From the NCBI GenBank assembly GCA_002338565.1, contig DDIN01000006.1, positions 110,047 through 174,046 on the forward strand: a DNA stretch of 64,000 nucleotides, written 5' to 3'. The notes beneath the pieces were generated by a model. It saw only the letters and a program-made list of their open reading frames with translations. It made no database searches and was not told where the DNA came from. The first letter of the stretch is position 1; every line of letters starts with the position of its first letter. Position numbers and translations under genes: made by a program. Shown piece by piece: positions 51,258-60,815 of the stretch. This DNA is from Hyphomonadaceae bacterium UBA1849. Lineage in GTDB: Bacteria; Pseudomonadota; Alphaproteobacteria; Caulobacterales; Hyphomonadaceae.

Positions 51258-52784
51258 CTAATTTTCAGGCTCTGCAGGTTGGAAATATCTGAGCATGCGT
51301 TCTCTGAAACGCGCCGCCTGTTGCGCTGCAATATCGCCAGCAGGATCGTCCTGCGGCTCAAACAGGTCGGTCTCCGCGAGCCGCGAAGCAGATGAGGCCC
51401 GCCACGCCGCAAGATCGTTTTCAGGCGGGGTACCCAATCTCTGAAGCACGACCTGAGACGTCGCCCTCAGATAATCAATTATGGTAAGCGTGCGCCCTTC
51501 GGATCGGGACACAATACCGGCCAATGTCAGTCCCAACTCCATATCGTCGCCAGACACGGGTATCGTCTCACCACCGCCTGCTGACGCGATACTGCTAATC
51601 GAATCCTGAAGCGCTGCGTTCTCGGCGTCGGCCAGCCCAACTATGAAAAAGTTCGTATCTGTTTCTTCAACGTCTTCCGACTGCCGCGGGCGGAAATTCG
51701 CTCGAATCTGAGTTCTTAATTCGGCGTTTGGTCCCGTAACTCGAAGGAGGTAACGTCCCGCTTCTAAGCTGATGTACGCGAGAATACCCGTTCGGGAGTT
51801 CCAGTTGCCGCTTATATAGCTGTTAGGATCCGCCTCGGGATAAAGATACGCGGTTGGATATCCGATGCCGGTCGGCTCGACAGGCCGGAAGCTAAATTCA
51901 AGATGCCCCGCCACATCCAGCTCTACCGCAAGCCAGTCTGTATCGCCCCTGTAGGTATGAACATCTGAAACGGACTGATTGAGCGGAAAATAGCTCGCCA
52001 TATCAGGCGTATCGTTTGGTTCGAAGGCATCTCCAGGTGCACCGAGAGAGAACGACACACGCGCTGGACCATCGGGCGCACCATAGCGGTTTAATTGCAC
52101 CTCATATTCACCCGGGAACAGAGGAACAAGCGCTGAAGGGTCTACATCGCCTGTGTCAATAAACGGCAGTATCGAAACCGTTTCCCCTGTCTCGGTATTC
52201 AACACCTGGCCGGTAAACTGTGTTTGCACGTCGGAGAGGTTTTCATAACGGATACCAAGCGTGCTAAAGTCATCCACCTCAAGTGAGAAAACCGTTGGTG
52301 CGTTGCTGCCCTCAAGATGGACGGGATAGCTACCGCTCGCGCTAGGTGTTTGGACAACGTTAGCCCAATAGGCTTCCCCTATCGAGAGCGGTGCCAAATC
52401 CAGTTCAAAGCCGTATTCACCCACACCCGTTGGACTACTCACTCCGATGAAATGAATACCAGGCTCGACAATCTTGCGTTGAGAAACCGTACCCGAATCA
52501 TCCGTAATCGGGGCCGAAAGAGCCAGCTCTTCGTCATCACTCTTCAGCGTGAATTGAGGGAGCGTTCCTGAATCACCTCCAGCTGAATAACTTATACTGA
52601 GGCGTCCAGGACGGGTTACTTCGAGACGGAACCAGTCGACATCTTCGACACCTGAAACCTCTGTTGTCATCTCGAAATTGAGATAGGCAGCCCTTGCAAA
52701 TCGTGTGTCGTCATCTGGTTCCTGCGCTAACGCCGGCAACACTAAAACATTAGCTATCAGAAATGCACTCAAGACGCGGATCAT
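51258..52784 (-). CDS. Secreted protein with about three PPC-like beta-sandwich repeats and a vWA C-terminal-like fragment
   Basis: Signal peptide (ALA|QE); EDVDWFRL, DAFEPNDT, GDTDWLAV, PGEYEV and AGRYLLRV repeats; FFIVGL...IASAGGGETIPV segment. Confidence 0.8.
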   Translation of the reverse strand: MIRVLSAFLIANVLVLPALAQEPDDDTRFARAAYLNFEMTTEVSGVEDVDWFRLEVTRPGRLSISYSAGGDSGTLPQFTLKSDDEELALSAPITDDSGTVSQRKIVEPGIHFIGVSSPTGVGEYGFELDLAPLSIGEAYWANVVQTPSASGSYPVHLEGSNAPTVFSLEVDDFSTLGIRYENLSDVQTQFTGQVLNTETGETVSILPFIDTGDVDPSALVPLFPGEYEVQLNRYGAPDGPARVSFSLGAPGDAFEPNDTPDMASYFPLNQSVSDVHTYRGDTDWLAVELDVAGHLEFSFRPVEPTGIGYPTAYLYPEADPNSYISGNWNSRTGILAYISLEAGRYLLRVTGPNAELRTQIRANFRPRQSEDVEETDTNFFIVGLADAENAALQDSISSIASAGGGETIPVSGDDMELGLTLAGIVSRSEGRTLTIIDYLRATSQVVLQRLGTPPENDLAAWRASSASRLAETDLFEPQDDPAGDIAAQQAARFRERMLRYFQPAEPEN

Positions 52785-55700
52785 GGCGCATCTCCCAGCG
52801 CGCGATACGCTTGTTGCTCAGCTGATGATCTGGCAGTTTCGAAGTCACTTCCGGATAGGTCAGCCCATTGAGAACGGATGCGATCCATTCCGGCCTGTCC
52901 ACGAATGCATAAAGCAAAATCCAGCGTATCGGAGCTCGATGGCGTGCTGTTAACGCCGAACCGACGGCGTTCAGTTCCGTCTGCTGCCTGTGAAGCGCCA
53001 TAATACGTGTAGAAACGTTGCTTGGTCACTTGAGCGGCGCATTCATTGTCGCGCCCCCACTCTCGAAACCGGGTCTCGATCAGGACGAAAGTCGGCATGG
53101 ACTGACTCCCCACCTGCTCTACACGCCATGCTGTACGCTCATCTGGGTGAACAGCGACGACTTCTTCTTCCTCATCTTGTTCAGGCGGATCAGCTGGCTC
53201 GTCGTCACTCTCACCCGGATCGATCTCAGCAGAACTATTTCCAATATCGCCTAAAAGGTTAGCCTCACTCCTGAACTGAGCTGCTGCCGCTTGCGGGTCA
53301 CCACTGCAGCTTTCCTCTCCATCAGTGAGAACGATCAGGCTACGCCTGTCGTAGTGTGCAGACTCCAGAAGGAAGTTCCCACCCATTGTAATCGCAGCAG
53401 CGAGTGGCGTTCCTGATGCGTGATTGATGCCATCAATTGTTTGAAGCACCGCGGCTTTATCACGCGTAAAATCTGTCAGAAGCTGGATGTTTCCGCAGTC
53501 AAAAAACGCGAACACCGCGACTTCGTCGGCGTCTTCCATACTTGCCAGAAAACTACGTGCGCTGCGCCGTACATTTTGAATACCCGGCCCCGCCATCGAA
53601 CCGGATGCGTCCACAACGAAGACATAGCTTGTTCCGCCAGTACCAATGACATTGAGCTCGTGCCAGCGGTCCGGGCCGCCACTTCCGATCGCAGCGCCAC
53701 TTCTGACCGCTTCAGAATACGTCCAGTTTCCGTATTGGTTGGTACGTGCAGATGTTCGCGGATCGGCATCCAGATTTTTACCTGCGGCATCTGTTGCTGA
53801 GACTGTGATTTGGAGCGGTTCATTGCGCTCGAACTGGCCTCGCAATGGCCGAAGCGGAAAACGACCGTTCCAGCTGGCACCGCTTCCGGACAACTCAGCG
53901 AGGACTGAGCCCTCCATGTCGGGAAGTGGCAGTCCGTCACCGGCTGGTGCATCACTCCACGCGACGGCCGCCCCAGCGCCAATCTGGGCAGTGGGCGTTG
54001 CGGTGACAGGCTGAGAGAAAGCTAGCTGAATTTGCGCATAGCCGGAATTATCCTGTCTGAGCTGCTCATTGGTATGAACTGTAAGCTTACGCACCGCGGC
54101 CCCCGGAAGCTCTTCGCGCAATTCACGCAGCCGGTCTTCGGTCTCTGAACGTAAGTCGGCAAGCCTTACAAGGTCCCGCTCGACCATTCCCACGAAACCG
54201 CGATATCCGTCCCGCATAGCTTCCCAATAACGGATTTGAGCTAGATCATAAGCCATCGCGATATCAGCATTAGTTTCCCAGATATGGCCAACTAGCAGCG
54301 TGCGCGCCCATGAGTTTTCCCTATCTCTTATAGCAGAGTTCACGTCTTCCAGTGCCCAACCCGCCATCAGACTCGCCTGCATCTCGTACTGACGACGTGC
54401 ATTCATGGAAGCAGAAAAATCAAGCACTTCATTATTGTAGCTATCGATACGTCGAATGGCTCGACGCATACGCTCTTCAAAGCGACGTTGGTCGGCATCA
54501 TTATATCGCTCGGACACAGAATCCGCGAACAATGACCCGTCGACCGCGCCACTCACACCGCCATAAGTCTGATACAAGGTTATGCCAGCGGCAATCGGCT
54601 CAGTCAGGGTGTTTGCTGTCATGAGCATTTGGCGGGCTGTGTTTACATTCGAAACCACACCGAAAAAACGTCCCACCCGTTGTGCATATTCAGGCCAGAC
54701 GAGAAAATTCGGCAACCCGCTGGATCCAAGCGTCAGCCCCACGTTTAGCGCCGTCTGTCGAGGAACCTCGCGAGCAATAAATTGCGTGAGCGCCGCCCGT
54801 GTCACGTTGGCTCGCCCGACTGTCGCGATCATTGCCGTGGTTTCTAGATATACACCTTCAACGATGCTAGCAGGCGTGGCGATTAACAGCAGGAGCTGAC
54901 CGAAATTATACAGTCGGTCCGACCACAGAATGACGTCTTCATTCCATTCCAGCTCCTCACGAAGACCGGGAAGCTCTGCGAGCGCTATATTCACGGTACG
55001 TTGATACGTCGTCTGCTCCCTTAAAAGCTCTGCGCGCAGGTTCTCAAATCCGCGAAGCTGATTTTCCAGATCCTGAATGCTTGCAACAACCAGATCGTAT
55101 TCTTCAGTATTCTCACTCCAGGAGGCGCGATAAACTTCGCGACCGTCCTGGGAAATGACGATCTCTTGTAAGAATGGCGGGGCCGCATTTTCAGAAAGCT
55201 GCGCAGCTCTCTCCAGCAGGCCACCCAACTCTGCCTCACGCGCCCTCTTTTGTTCTTCGGCGCGAGATAGCGCTGTAGTCGCGGTCCGAACCTGAACCGT
55301 GGCCGTCTCTACCTCTGCATTGGCTCGGCTCACGGCAGTTAGAGCTCTATCCAGAGCAGACTGCCGCCCCTGACTGGCCCGGCCATAGCGACGGGCTTCC
55401 TCATCCAATTGGCGGCGCAAAGCTCTGATCTGGGCATCGAGAACATCCCCCTCAGAACCAGTGGCTGACGCACGTTGCCGCCGCAGGTCATCAAGCGCCT
55501 CCCGTGTCGCAGACAGATAATCAGAGGCAGATTGAGACGACAACGATCTGTCGCGTGCAATGCGAAGCCCTGTTTCCGCCGAACTAAACGCGCTACGCGC
55601 TTCGCGCAGATTTTGTTCTGCGGCTTCAAGCGCAGAACGCCTTGTGTCAATCACCGCTTGGGCTTGCTGGATTTCAGAGCGCTTCGCCGAGATCTCCTGA

Positions 55701-55840
55701 TAAACAGCCTGCACGGCTTGATCGTCGGAGTCCTGCCCTGACGCCAATGGAACCAGCATCAAAAAGGCAAAAAGCAACCACGCGCTAAGATATAGCGGCT
55801 TGGTTGAAGCGCGATGGCCAGACAAAAGACCTTGCATCAT
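52781..55840 (-). CDS. Large secreted protein: coiled coil, helical bundle, Ig-like domain and truncated vWA (MIDAS) domain
   Basis: Start placed at ATG 55840 after GGGGTGGA; signal-like h-region; FSQPV...ATDAAG Ig-like motif; VDASGS, GTPL, LTDGEESC. Confidence 0.85.
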   Translation of the reverse strand: MMQGLLSGHRASTKPLYLSAWLLFAFLMLVPLASGQDSDDQAVQAVYQEISAKRSEIQQAQAVIDTRRSALEAAEQNLREARSAFSSAETGLRIARDRSLSSQSASDYLSATREALDDLRRQRASATGSEGDVLDAQIRALRRQLDEEARRYGRASQGRQSALDRALTAVSRANAEVETATVQVRTATTALSRAEEQKRAREAELGGLLERAAQLSENAAPPFLQEIVISQDGREVYRASWSENTEEYDLVVASIQDLENQLRGFENLRAELLREQTTYQRTVNIALAELPGLREELEWNEDVILWSDRLYNFGQLLLLIATPASIVEGVYLETTAMIATVGRANVTRAALTQFIAREVPRQTALNVGLTLGSSGLPNFLVWPEYAQRVGRFFGVVSNVNTARQMLMTANTLTEPIAAGITLYQTYGGVSGAVDGSLFADSVSERYNDADQRRFEERMRRAIRRIDSYNNEVLDFSASMNARRQYEMQASLMAGWALEDVNSAIRDRENSWARTLLVGHIWETNADIAMAYDLAQIRYWEAMRDGYRGFVGMVERDLVRLADLRSETEDRLRELREELPGAAVRKLTVHTNEQLRQDNSGYAQIQLAFSQPVTATPTAQIGAGAAVAWSDAPAGDGLPLPDMEGSVLAELSGSGASWNGRFPLRPLRGQFERNEPLQITVSATDAAGKNLDADPRTSARTNQYGNWTYSEAVRSGAAIGSGGPDRWHELNVIGTGGTSYVFVVDASGSMAGPGIQNVRRSARSFLASMEDADEVAVFAFFDCGNIQLLTDFTRDKAAVLQTIDGINHASGTPLAAAITMGGNFLLESAHYDRRSLIVLTDGEESCSGDPQAAAAQFRSEANLLGDIGNSSAEIDPGESDDEPADPPEQDEEEEVVAVHPDERTAWRVEQVGSQSMPTFVLIETRFREWGRDNECAAQVTKQRFYTYYGASQAADGTERRRFGVNSTPSSSDTLDFALCIRGQAGMDRIRSQWADLSGSDFETARSSAEQQAYRALGDAP

Positions 55841-55978
55841 TTCCACCCCGAATCTGCTCATCGTCCGCCAGTGTATTGGCGCGGATAAGCTGAATTCCCG
55901 GCAACAATAGTGCGCCTGAAACCGTATTCTTTCAAGTTTGACCGAATTATTAGGCAAATCCCGTGGGTTTTCAGAGTT

Positions 55979-55997
55979 GTGAACTAAACAAGTTCAC
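55979..55997. promoter_or_regulatory. Perfect palindrome in the divergent intergenic region, candidate operator
   Basis: GTGAACT-AAACA-AGTTCAC. Confidence 0.45.
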
Positions 55998-56126
55998 CTG
56001 ACGTTACGGCATCAATTTCCGTAATCGCCAAAAATCGGAGTCATCCCGACTCAGCTGTTTCATCCGCCGGAAATCTCATTTACTAAGTTAGCTAGCTATA
56101 AGAATCTGAACTCGAGGGAGACAAAA

Positions 56127-57437
56127 ATGGACGACATGCAACAGCCACTGGATACGCACTCACCGGAGATGAACGATCTTCGTATGTCCGATGCTGCACG
56201 CCCGCTCTATGAGCACGTGAAAGCTTTCATCAAGGACGTCGTGAACCCGATGAGCGAAGAGTTCCATCGTCTTGGTGAGGGCAAAACCAACCCTTGGAGC
56301 TATAACCCGGGCCAGCTGGAAGCACTTGAAGCGGCAAAAGACGAAGCAAAGAAGCAAGGCCTCTGGAACTTCTTCCTTCCTGACGCGCACACTGGCGAAG
56401 GCCTCAAAAACCTCGACTATGCGTATATCGCAGCTGAACTTGGTAAGAACCCGCTCGCATCCGAGACGATGAACTGCGCAGCGCCTGACACCGGAAACAT
56501 GGAAGTTCTCGAACGCGTCGGCACACCTGAGCAGAAAGAGAAATGGCTGAAGCCTCTTCTGAACGGCGAAATCCGTTCTGCTTTCGCGATGACCGAACCG
56601 GGTAAAGCCTCTTCTGACGCACGTAACGTTTCTATGTCTGCTGTTCTCGAGGGCGATGAGTGGGTCATCAACGGCGAGAAATACTACATCTCCGGTGCGG
56701 GCGATCCGCGCTGTCGCATCATGATCTGCATGGTCAAAACCAGCCCTGATGCAGAGCCACACAAGCAGCAGTCGCAAATCCTCGTACCACTGCCGCACCC
56801 CGGCGTGACGATCGTCGACGGCATGATGGTATTCGGTGACTATGATGCGCCGCACGGCCACATGCATCTGAAATTCGACAATGTCCGCGTTCCTAAAGAG
56901 AACATGCTTCTCGGCGAAGGCCGCGGCTTTGAGATTTCGCAGCTTCGTCTCGGCCCGGGCCGTATCCACCACTGCATGCGCTCTCTTGGCGCTGCGGAGC
57001 GCGCCCTCGATCTCATGGTCCGTCGTGGCCTGACACGTGAAGCGTTCGGTCAGCCACTCGTTAAACTTGGCGGCAACCGTGAGAAAATCTCGCGCGCTCG
57101 TATCGAAATCGAAGCAATGCGCCTGATGGTCCTCAAAGCAGCAAAAGCTATGGACGTTCTTGGCAATAAAGAAGCCCGCGTCTGGATTTCCATGGTGAAA
57201 GCTATGGTTCCTGAGAAGGTCTGCAAAATCATCGACGATGCGATCCAGATGCACGGCGCAACCGGCGTGTCCCAGTGGTCTCCTCTGTCTCGCATGTATG
57301 CGCAACAGCGTACGCTGCGTCTTGCTGACGGTCCGGACGAAGTGCACCACATGGTTGTCGGTCGTCACGAAGAGCGCAAATACACGGGCTCTGAGGATCT
57401 GGAAGACCCGGTTCTCGCGTCCGTCTGGCGCAAATAA
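56127..57437 (+). CDS. Acyl-CoA dehydrogenase (ACAD10/11, FadE2-like)
   Basis: NCAAPDTGNMEVL, FAMTEP, GHMHLKF, RLGPGRIHHCMR, QMHGATGVS, DGPDEVH; RBS GAGGGAG. Confidence 0.96.
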   Translation: MDDMQQPLDTHSPEMNDLRMSDAARPLYEHVKAFIKDVVNPMSEEFHRLGEGKTNPWSYNPGQLEALEAAKDEAKKQGLWNFFLPDAHTGEGLKNLDYAYIAAELGKNPLASETMNCAAPDTGNMEVLERVGTPEQKEKWLKPLLNGEIRSAFAMTEPGKASSDARNVSMSAVLEGDEWVINGEKYYISGAGDPRCRIMICMVKTSPDAEPHKQQSQILVPLPHPGVTIVDGMMVFGDYDAPHGHMHLKFDNVRVPKENMLLGEGRGFEISQLRLGPGRIHHCMRSLGAAERALDLMVRRGLTREAFGQPLVKLGGNREKISRARIEIEAMRLMVLKAAKAMDVLGNKEARVWISMVKAMVPEKVCKIIDDAIQMHGATGVSQWSPLSRMYAQQRTLRLADGPDEVHHMVVGRHEERKYTGSEDLEDPVLASVWRK

Positions 57438-57449
57438 AACCTTCCAATT

Positions 57450-57478
57450 AAAACGCGCGATCATTGATCGCGCGTTTT
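57450..57478. terminator. Symmetric (bidirectional-type) intrinsic terminator
   Basis: AAAACGCGCGATCA-T-TGATCGCGCGTTTT, followed by more T. Confidence 0.85.
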
Positions 57479-57554
57479 TCTTTTCTCTCCGTTCACCGAC
57501 TTTTGAGAACGACGGGGTTTCGCAATATCCGCCATCAATGCATAGATACCGCAG

Positions 57555-59066
57555 ATGACGAGCGTTCAATCGACATATGAGGCGCACGCGCAGGATGTAA
57601 TCGCGCGACTTCTGGACTGGCATACGTCCGGGAAACGCGTCGCTATTGCTGTGATAACCAAAACGGTCGGCGGCGGCGTCAGAGCGCCCGGCTCACTAAT
57701 GGCGATCACAGCTGACGGCCTTTCAGCCGGTTATCTCTCAGGTGGTTGCATCGATAGCGATATTGTTTTGCAGGCACTAAGCGCGCTCGCACAGGATTCT
57801 CCTGTGGCTTTGCACTACGGGCAGGGTTCTCGTTTCATAGATCTGCCCCTACCCTGCGGCGGCGCAATACATGTCTATATCGAACCGATAGATGACCCAT
57901 CAAAGCTGCGAACCACGCTCTTAACGCTTCAAGCGCGTTCTGTCGGCTCGCTAGACTTCACCATCGGCAGCGAAACTATAAAGTTCGAATACAAGCCTAA
58001 GCTGCGCCTTCGGATTGCAGGACGTGGCGCCGATTGTCTGGACCTTGCACGTCTGGCAAAGGCAAGTGGCCTTGAGGTTCATCTGCAGCTGCCAGACACA
58101 AACGATTACGCTGCTGCAGATCAAATAGGTGTTTCGAAACTAGAGCTTCTGAAAACGCCAGAAACGCTTCCTCTCGTTTCCGATGATCCATGGACAGCTT
58201 TTGCATTGATGTTCCATGACCGCCATTGGGAAACCGCGCTATTGCAGCAAGCGCTAGAGTATCCTTCATTCTATATCGGCGCAGTTGGCAGCCCGCGCAC
58301 ACACGCAATTAGGTGCCAGGAACTCAGCTTATCTGGCGTCCCACAGCATCAGGTCGGCAGAGTACATGGCCCTATAGGAATCGTTCCATCTCTTCGAGAG
58401 TCATCTTCCATCGCCGTTTCGACGCTCGCAGAGGTCATTGCCGCGTTTCAGACCCGAACTCACAACATATACGCAGAATCCGCCGTTCTTATCCTCGCAG
58501 CGGGACAATCATCTCGCTTCGAAGATGGCGACAAACTACTCGCGGACCTGCGCGGTCAATCTGTGCTGGCCACTGTAGCGTCCAGAGCCGGAGAGAAGCG
58601 CTTTCGCTCACGCATTGCCATTACAGGCAGACACCAGCACGAGCGGCAGTCAGTCCTCCAAGCCAATCACTGGTCCATCGTAGAAAATCCCGCCCCCGAG
58701 CAAGGCCTGTCGTCGTCTTTAAAGCTTGGCATTCAAGTGGCGCAGGCAAACTCTGACATCCAATCAGTGCTCGTCCTGCTTGCAGACATGCCTTTTGTGC
58801 CAGACGAACACATTGAAGCGCTTTATGCAGCGCTCAAACCGGGCGTAACTGCCGTGATGAGCGAATTTGAAGGTAAGCTAACGCCGCCAGCGCTTTTCGC
58901 GCGGGCAAGTCTTGGTGACATTCTTGAGGCCGAGGGGGATCAGGGCGCTCGCAAGATATTCAAATCACTGTCGAAGACAGTCACTGTTCCTCTGCGACCT
59001 GAGCACGCTATAGACATCGACACGGTTTCCGATCTGGAAGCCATGAAGGAAGTTATACATGGCTGA
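57555..59066 (+). CDS. XdhC/CoxF-family Moco chaperone fused to a MocA/MobA-type nucleotidyltransferase
   Basis: [14 protein letters not shown] and YIGAVGS (XdhC), then [21 protein letters not shown] and DIDT..DL in one ORF. Confidence 0.92.
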   Translation: MTSVQSTYEAHAQDVIARLLDWHTSGKRVAIAVITKTVGGGVRAPGSLMAITADGLSAGYLSGGCIDSDIVLQALSALAQDSPVALHYGQGSRFIDLPLPCGGAIHVYIEPIDDPSKLRTTLLTLQARSVGSLDFTIGSETIKFEYKPKLRLRIAGRGADCLDLARLAKASGLEVHLQLPDTNDYAAADQIGVSKLELLKTPETLPLVSDDPWTAFALMFHDRHWETALLQQALEYPSFYIGAVGSPRTHAIRCQELSLSGVPQHQVGRVHGPIGIVPSLRESSSIAVSTLAEVIAAFQTRTHNIYAESAVLILAAGQSSRFEDGDKLLADLRGQSVLATVASRAGEKRFRSRIAITGRHQHERQSVLQANHWSIVENPAPEQGLSSSLKLGIQVAQANSDIQSVLVLLADMPFVPDEHIEALYAALKPGVTAVMSEFEGKLTPPALFARASLGDILEAEGDQGARKIFKSLSKTVTVPLRPEHAIDIDTVSDLEAMKEVIHG

Positions 59067-60090
59067 TGATCTCAAACAGCCAAAGATGAATTCACTCATC
59101 GACCCCTTCGGGCGGGAGATCACTTATCTGCGCCTGTCCGTTACTGACCGCTGCGATCTGCGATGCACGTATTGCATGGCAGAGAACATGACATTCCTGC
59201 CGAAAAAGGACCTGCTGTCTCTCGAAGAAACAGAGATGGTTGCCAACGCCTTCATTGATCGAGGCGTGTCCAAAATCCGTATCACTGGCGGCGAGCCTCT
59301 CGTGCGCCGCGATATTATGAAACTGTTCCGCGCGCTGGGTGACCGGCTTGGTTACGGCCTTGAGGAACTGACCCTCACAACGAATGGCACGCTTCTCGCA
59401 CAATATGCCGAAGAGCTCTATGCTGCTGGTGTCCGGCGCGTGAACGTCTCTCTCGATACGCTCAATGAAGACCGTTTTCTAAAGATCACGAGGCGCGGCA
59501 AGCTCACACCTGTGCTGAAAGGCCTGGAGGCAGCGCAACGCGCGGGACTTAAAGTGAAGCTCAACACCGTCGCGCTGAAGCATGACAATCTGAACGAAAT
59601 TCCGTCCATGGTGCAGTGGGCCCATGGAGAAGGCATTGACATGACACTCATTGAAGTCATGCCTCTTGGAGAGACCGGTGAAGACCGTTTCGATCAATAC
59701 GTGCCGCTGCCCGAAGTCCGCGGACAACTCGAAGAACGTTGGACATTGGAAGACCTGCCGTATTCTCCGACGAATGCAGGGCCGTCTCGTTACGTCCGTA
59801 TCACTGAGACCGGCGGCAAACTCGGCTTTATCACGCCGCTGACCAACAATTTCTGCGCCGGTTGCAACCGCGTTCGCGTAACGTGCACGGGACGCATTTA
59901 TATGTGCCTTGGTCAGGATGACTGCATTGATCTGCGAGCCGCGGTTCGCGATACCGAAAACCCGCAAGCCGCGCTTGATACCGCACTCGACCGCGCGATC
60001 CGAAAAAAGCCGGAGAAGCACGATTTTGAAATCGGTGCGAACGGTAAGACATCCGGCGTATCACGCCATATGTCGACGACCGGAGGTTAG
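59059..60090 (+). CDS. moaA: GTP 3',8-cyclase
   Basis: [32 protein letters not shown]-terminal GG. Confidence 0.98.
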   Translation: MADDLKQPKMNSLIDPFGREITYLRLSVTDRCDLRCTYCMAENMTFLPKKDLLSLEETEMVANAFIDRGVSKIRITGGEPLVRRDIMKLFRALGDRLGYGLEELTLTTNGTLLAQYAEELYAAGVRRVNVSLDTLNEDRFLKITRRGKLTPVLKGLEAAQRAGLKVKLNTVALKHDNLNEIPSMVQWAHGEGIDMTLIEVMPLGETGEDRFDQYVPLPEVRGQLEERWTLEDLPYSPTNAGPSRYVRITETGGKLGFITPLTNNFCAGCNRVRVTCTGRIYMCLGQDDCIDLRAAVRDTENPQAALDTALDRAIRKKPEKHDFEIGANGKTSGVSRHMSTTGG

Positions 60091-60093
60091 CTT

Positions 60094-60342
60094 ATGGCTG
60101 ATATTCTCTATTTCGGTCGCCTCAGCGACGTTACCGGAAAACCGTTCGAGAGCGTTGATCTGCCATCGGACATCTCGCATGCGCGCAACCTCAGGTCATG
60201 GGCTGAAGCCCGATTCCAGGCAGAGGGTATGTTTCTCGAACCGACTGTCCGCATCGCCATAAATGGCGAAATTGTCGATGACGCACATCCTCTGGCCAAT
60301 GCAAACGAAATTGCATTCATGCCTCCCGTTGGCGGCGGATGA
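60094..60342 (+). CDS. moaD: Molybdopterin synthase sulfur carrier
   Basis: LYFGRL, EIAFMPPVGGG C-terminus. Confidence 0.93.
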   Translation: MADILYFGRLSDVTGKPFESVDLPSDISHARNLRSWAEARFQAEGMFLEPTVRIAINGEIVDDAHPLANANEIAFMPPVGGG

Positions 60343-60815
60343 GCATGAGCGTTCACGTAAACATTTCCGATCAACCAATTTCTGCGCCAGAGCTTCTTAA
60401 AGATTTCGAATCCAAGCTGTCATCATCCGGTGGCGTCGTGAGCTTCTCTGGAGTCGTTCGGCCCGACGGCAAGGATAGCCGCGTGTTGGGGCTATTTCTC
60501 CAATCCTACTCTCCCATGACCGAGAACGGGGTTGAAGCAGCCGTAGAGCAAGCACGCAGTCGCTGGCCACTGGAAGCTCTGACCGTGCATCACCGAACAG
60601 GGGAAATCAGGACAGGTGAAACCATCGTTTTTGTTGCAACGGCATCCAGACATCGGCGCGCAGCTTTCGAAGCCGCAGACTTTCTTATGGACTATCTGAA
60701 AACCGAAGCCGTTTTCTGGAAAAAAGAGATTACGGAAGCCGGTGACGTCTGGATCGAACCACGCGAACAGGATTATCAGGATAACCAGCGCTGGCAGCAA
60801 TCGGAGACCAACTGA
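60339..60815 (+). CDS. moaE: Molybdopterin synthase catalytic subunit
   Basis: GGVVSFSGVVR, HRTG, HRRAAFEAADFLMDYLKT...FWKKE. Confidence 0.96.
   Translation: MSMSVHVNISDQPISAPELLKDFESKLSSSGGVVSFSGVVRPDGKDSRVLGLFLQSYSPMTENGVEAAVEQARSRWPLEALTVHHRTGEIRTGETIVFVATASRHRRAAFEAADFLMDYLKTEAVFWKKEITEAGDVWIEPREQDYQDNQRWQQSETN

Noticed and set aside
52781-52784. Frameshift or sequencing error explaining the two secreted genes as one
   Set aside because: The downstream ORF begins with its own signal peptide and uses a standard ATGA overlap; no homopolymer slip site was seen.
57479-57554. Possible Moco riboswitch before the xdhC-moa operon
   Set aside because: The leader is only about 75 nt and I could not fold a multi-stem motif; a covariance-model search would be needed.
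56160-57623. 487-aa minus-strand ORF antisense to acyl-CoA dehydrogenase
   Set aside because: Antisense shadow of a highly biased gene; it also crosses a strong terminator.
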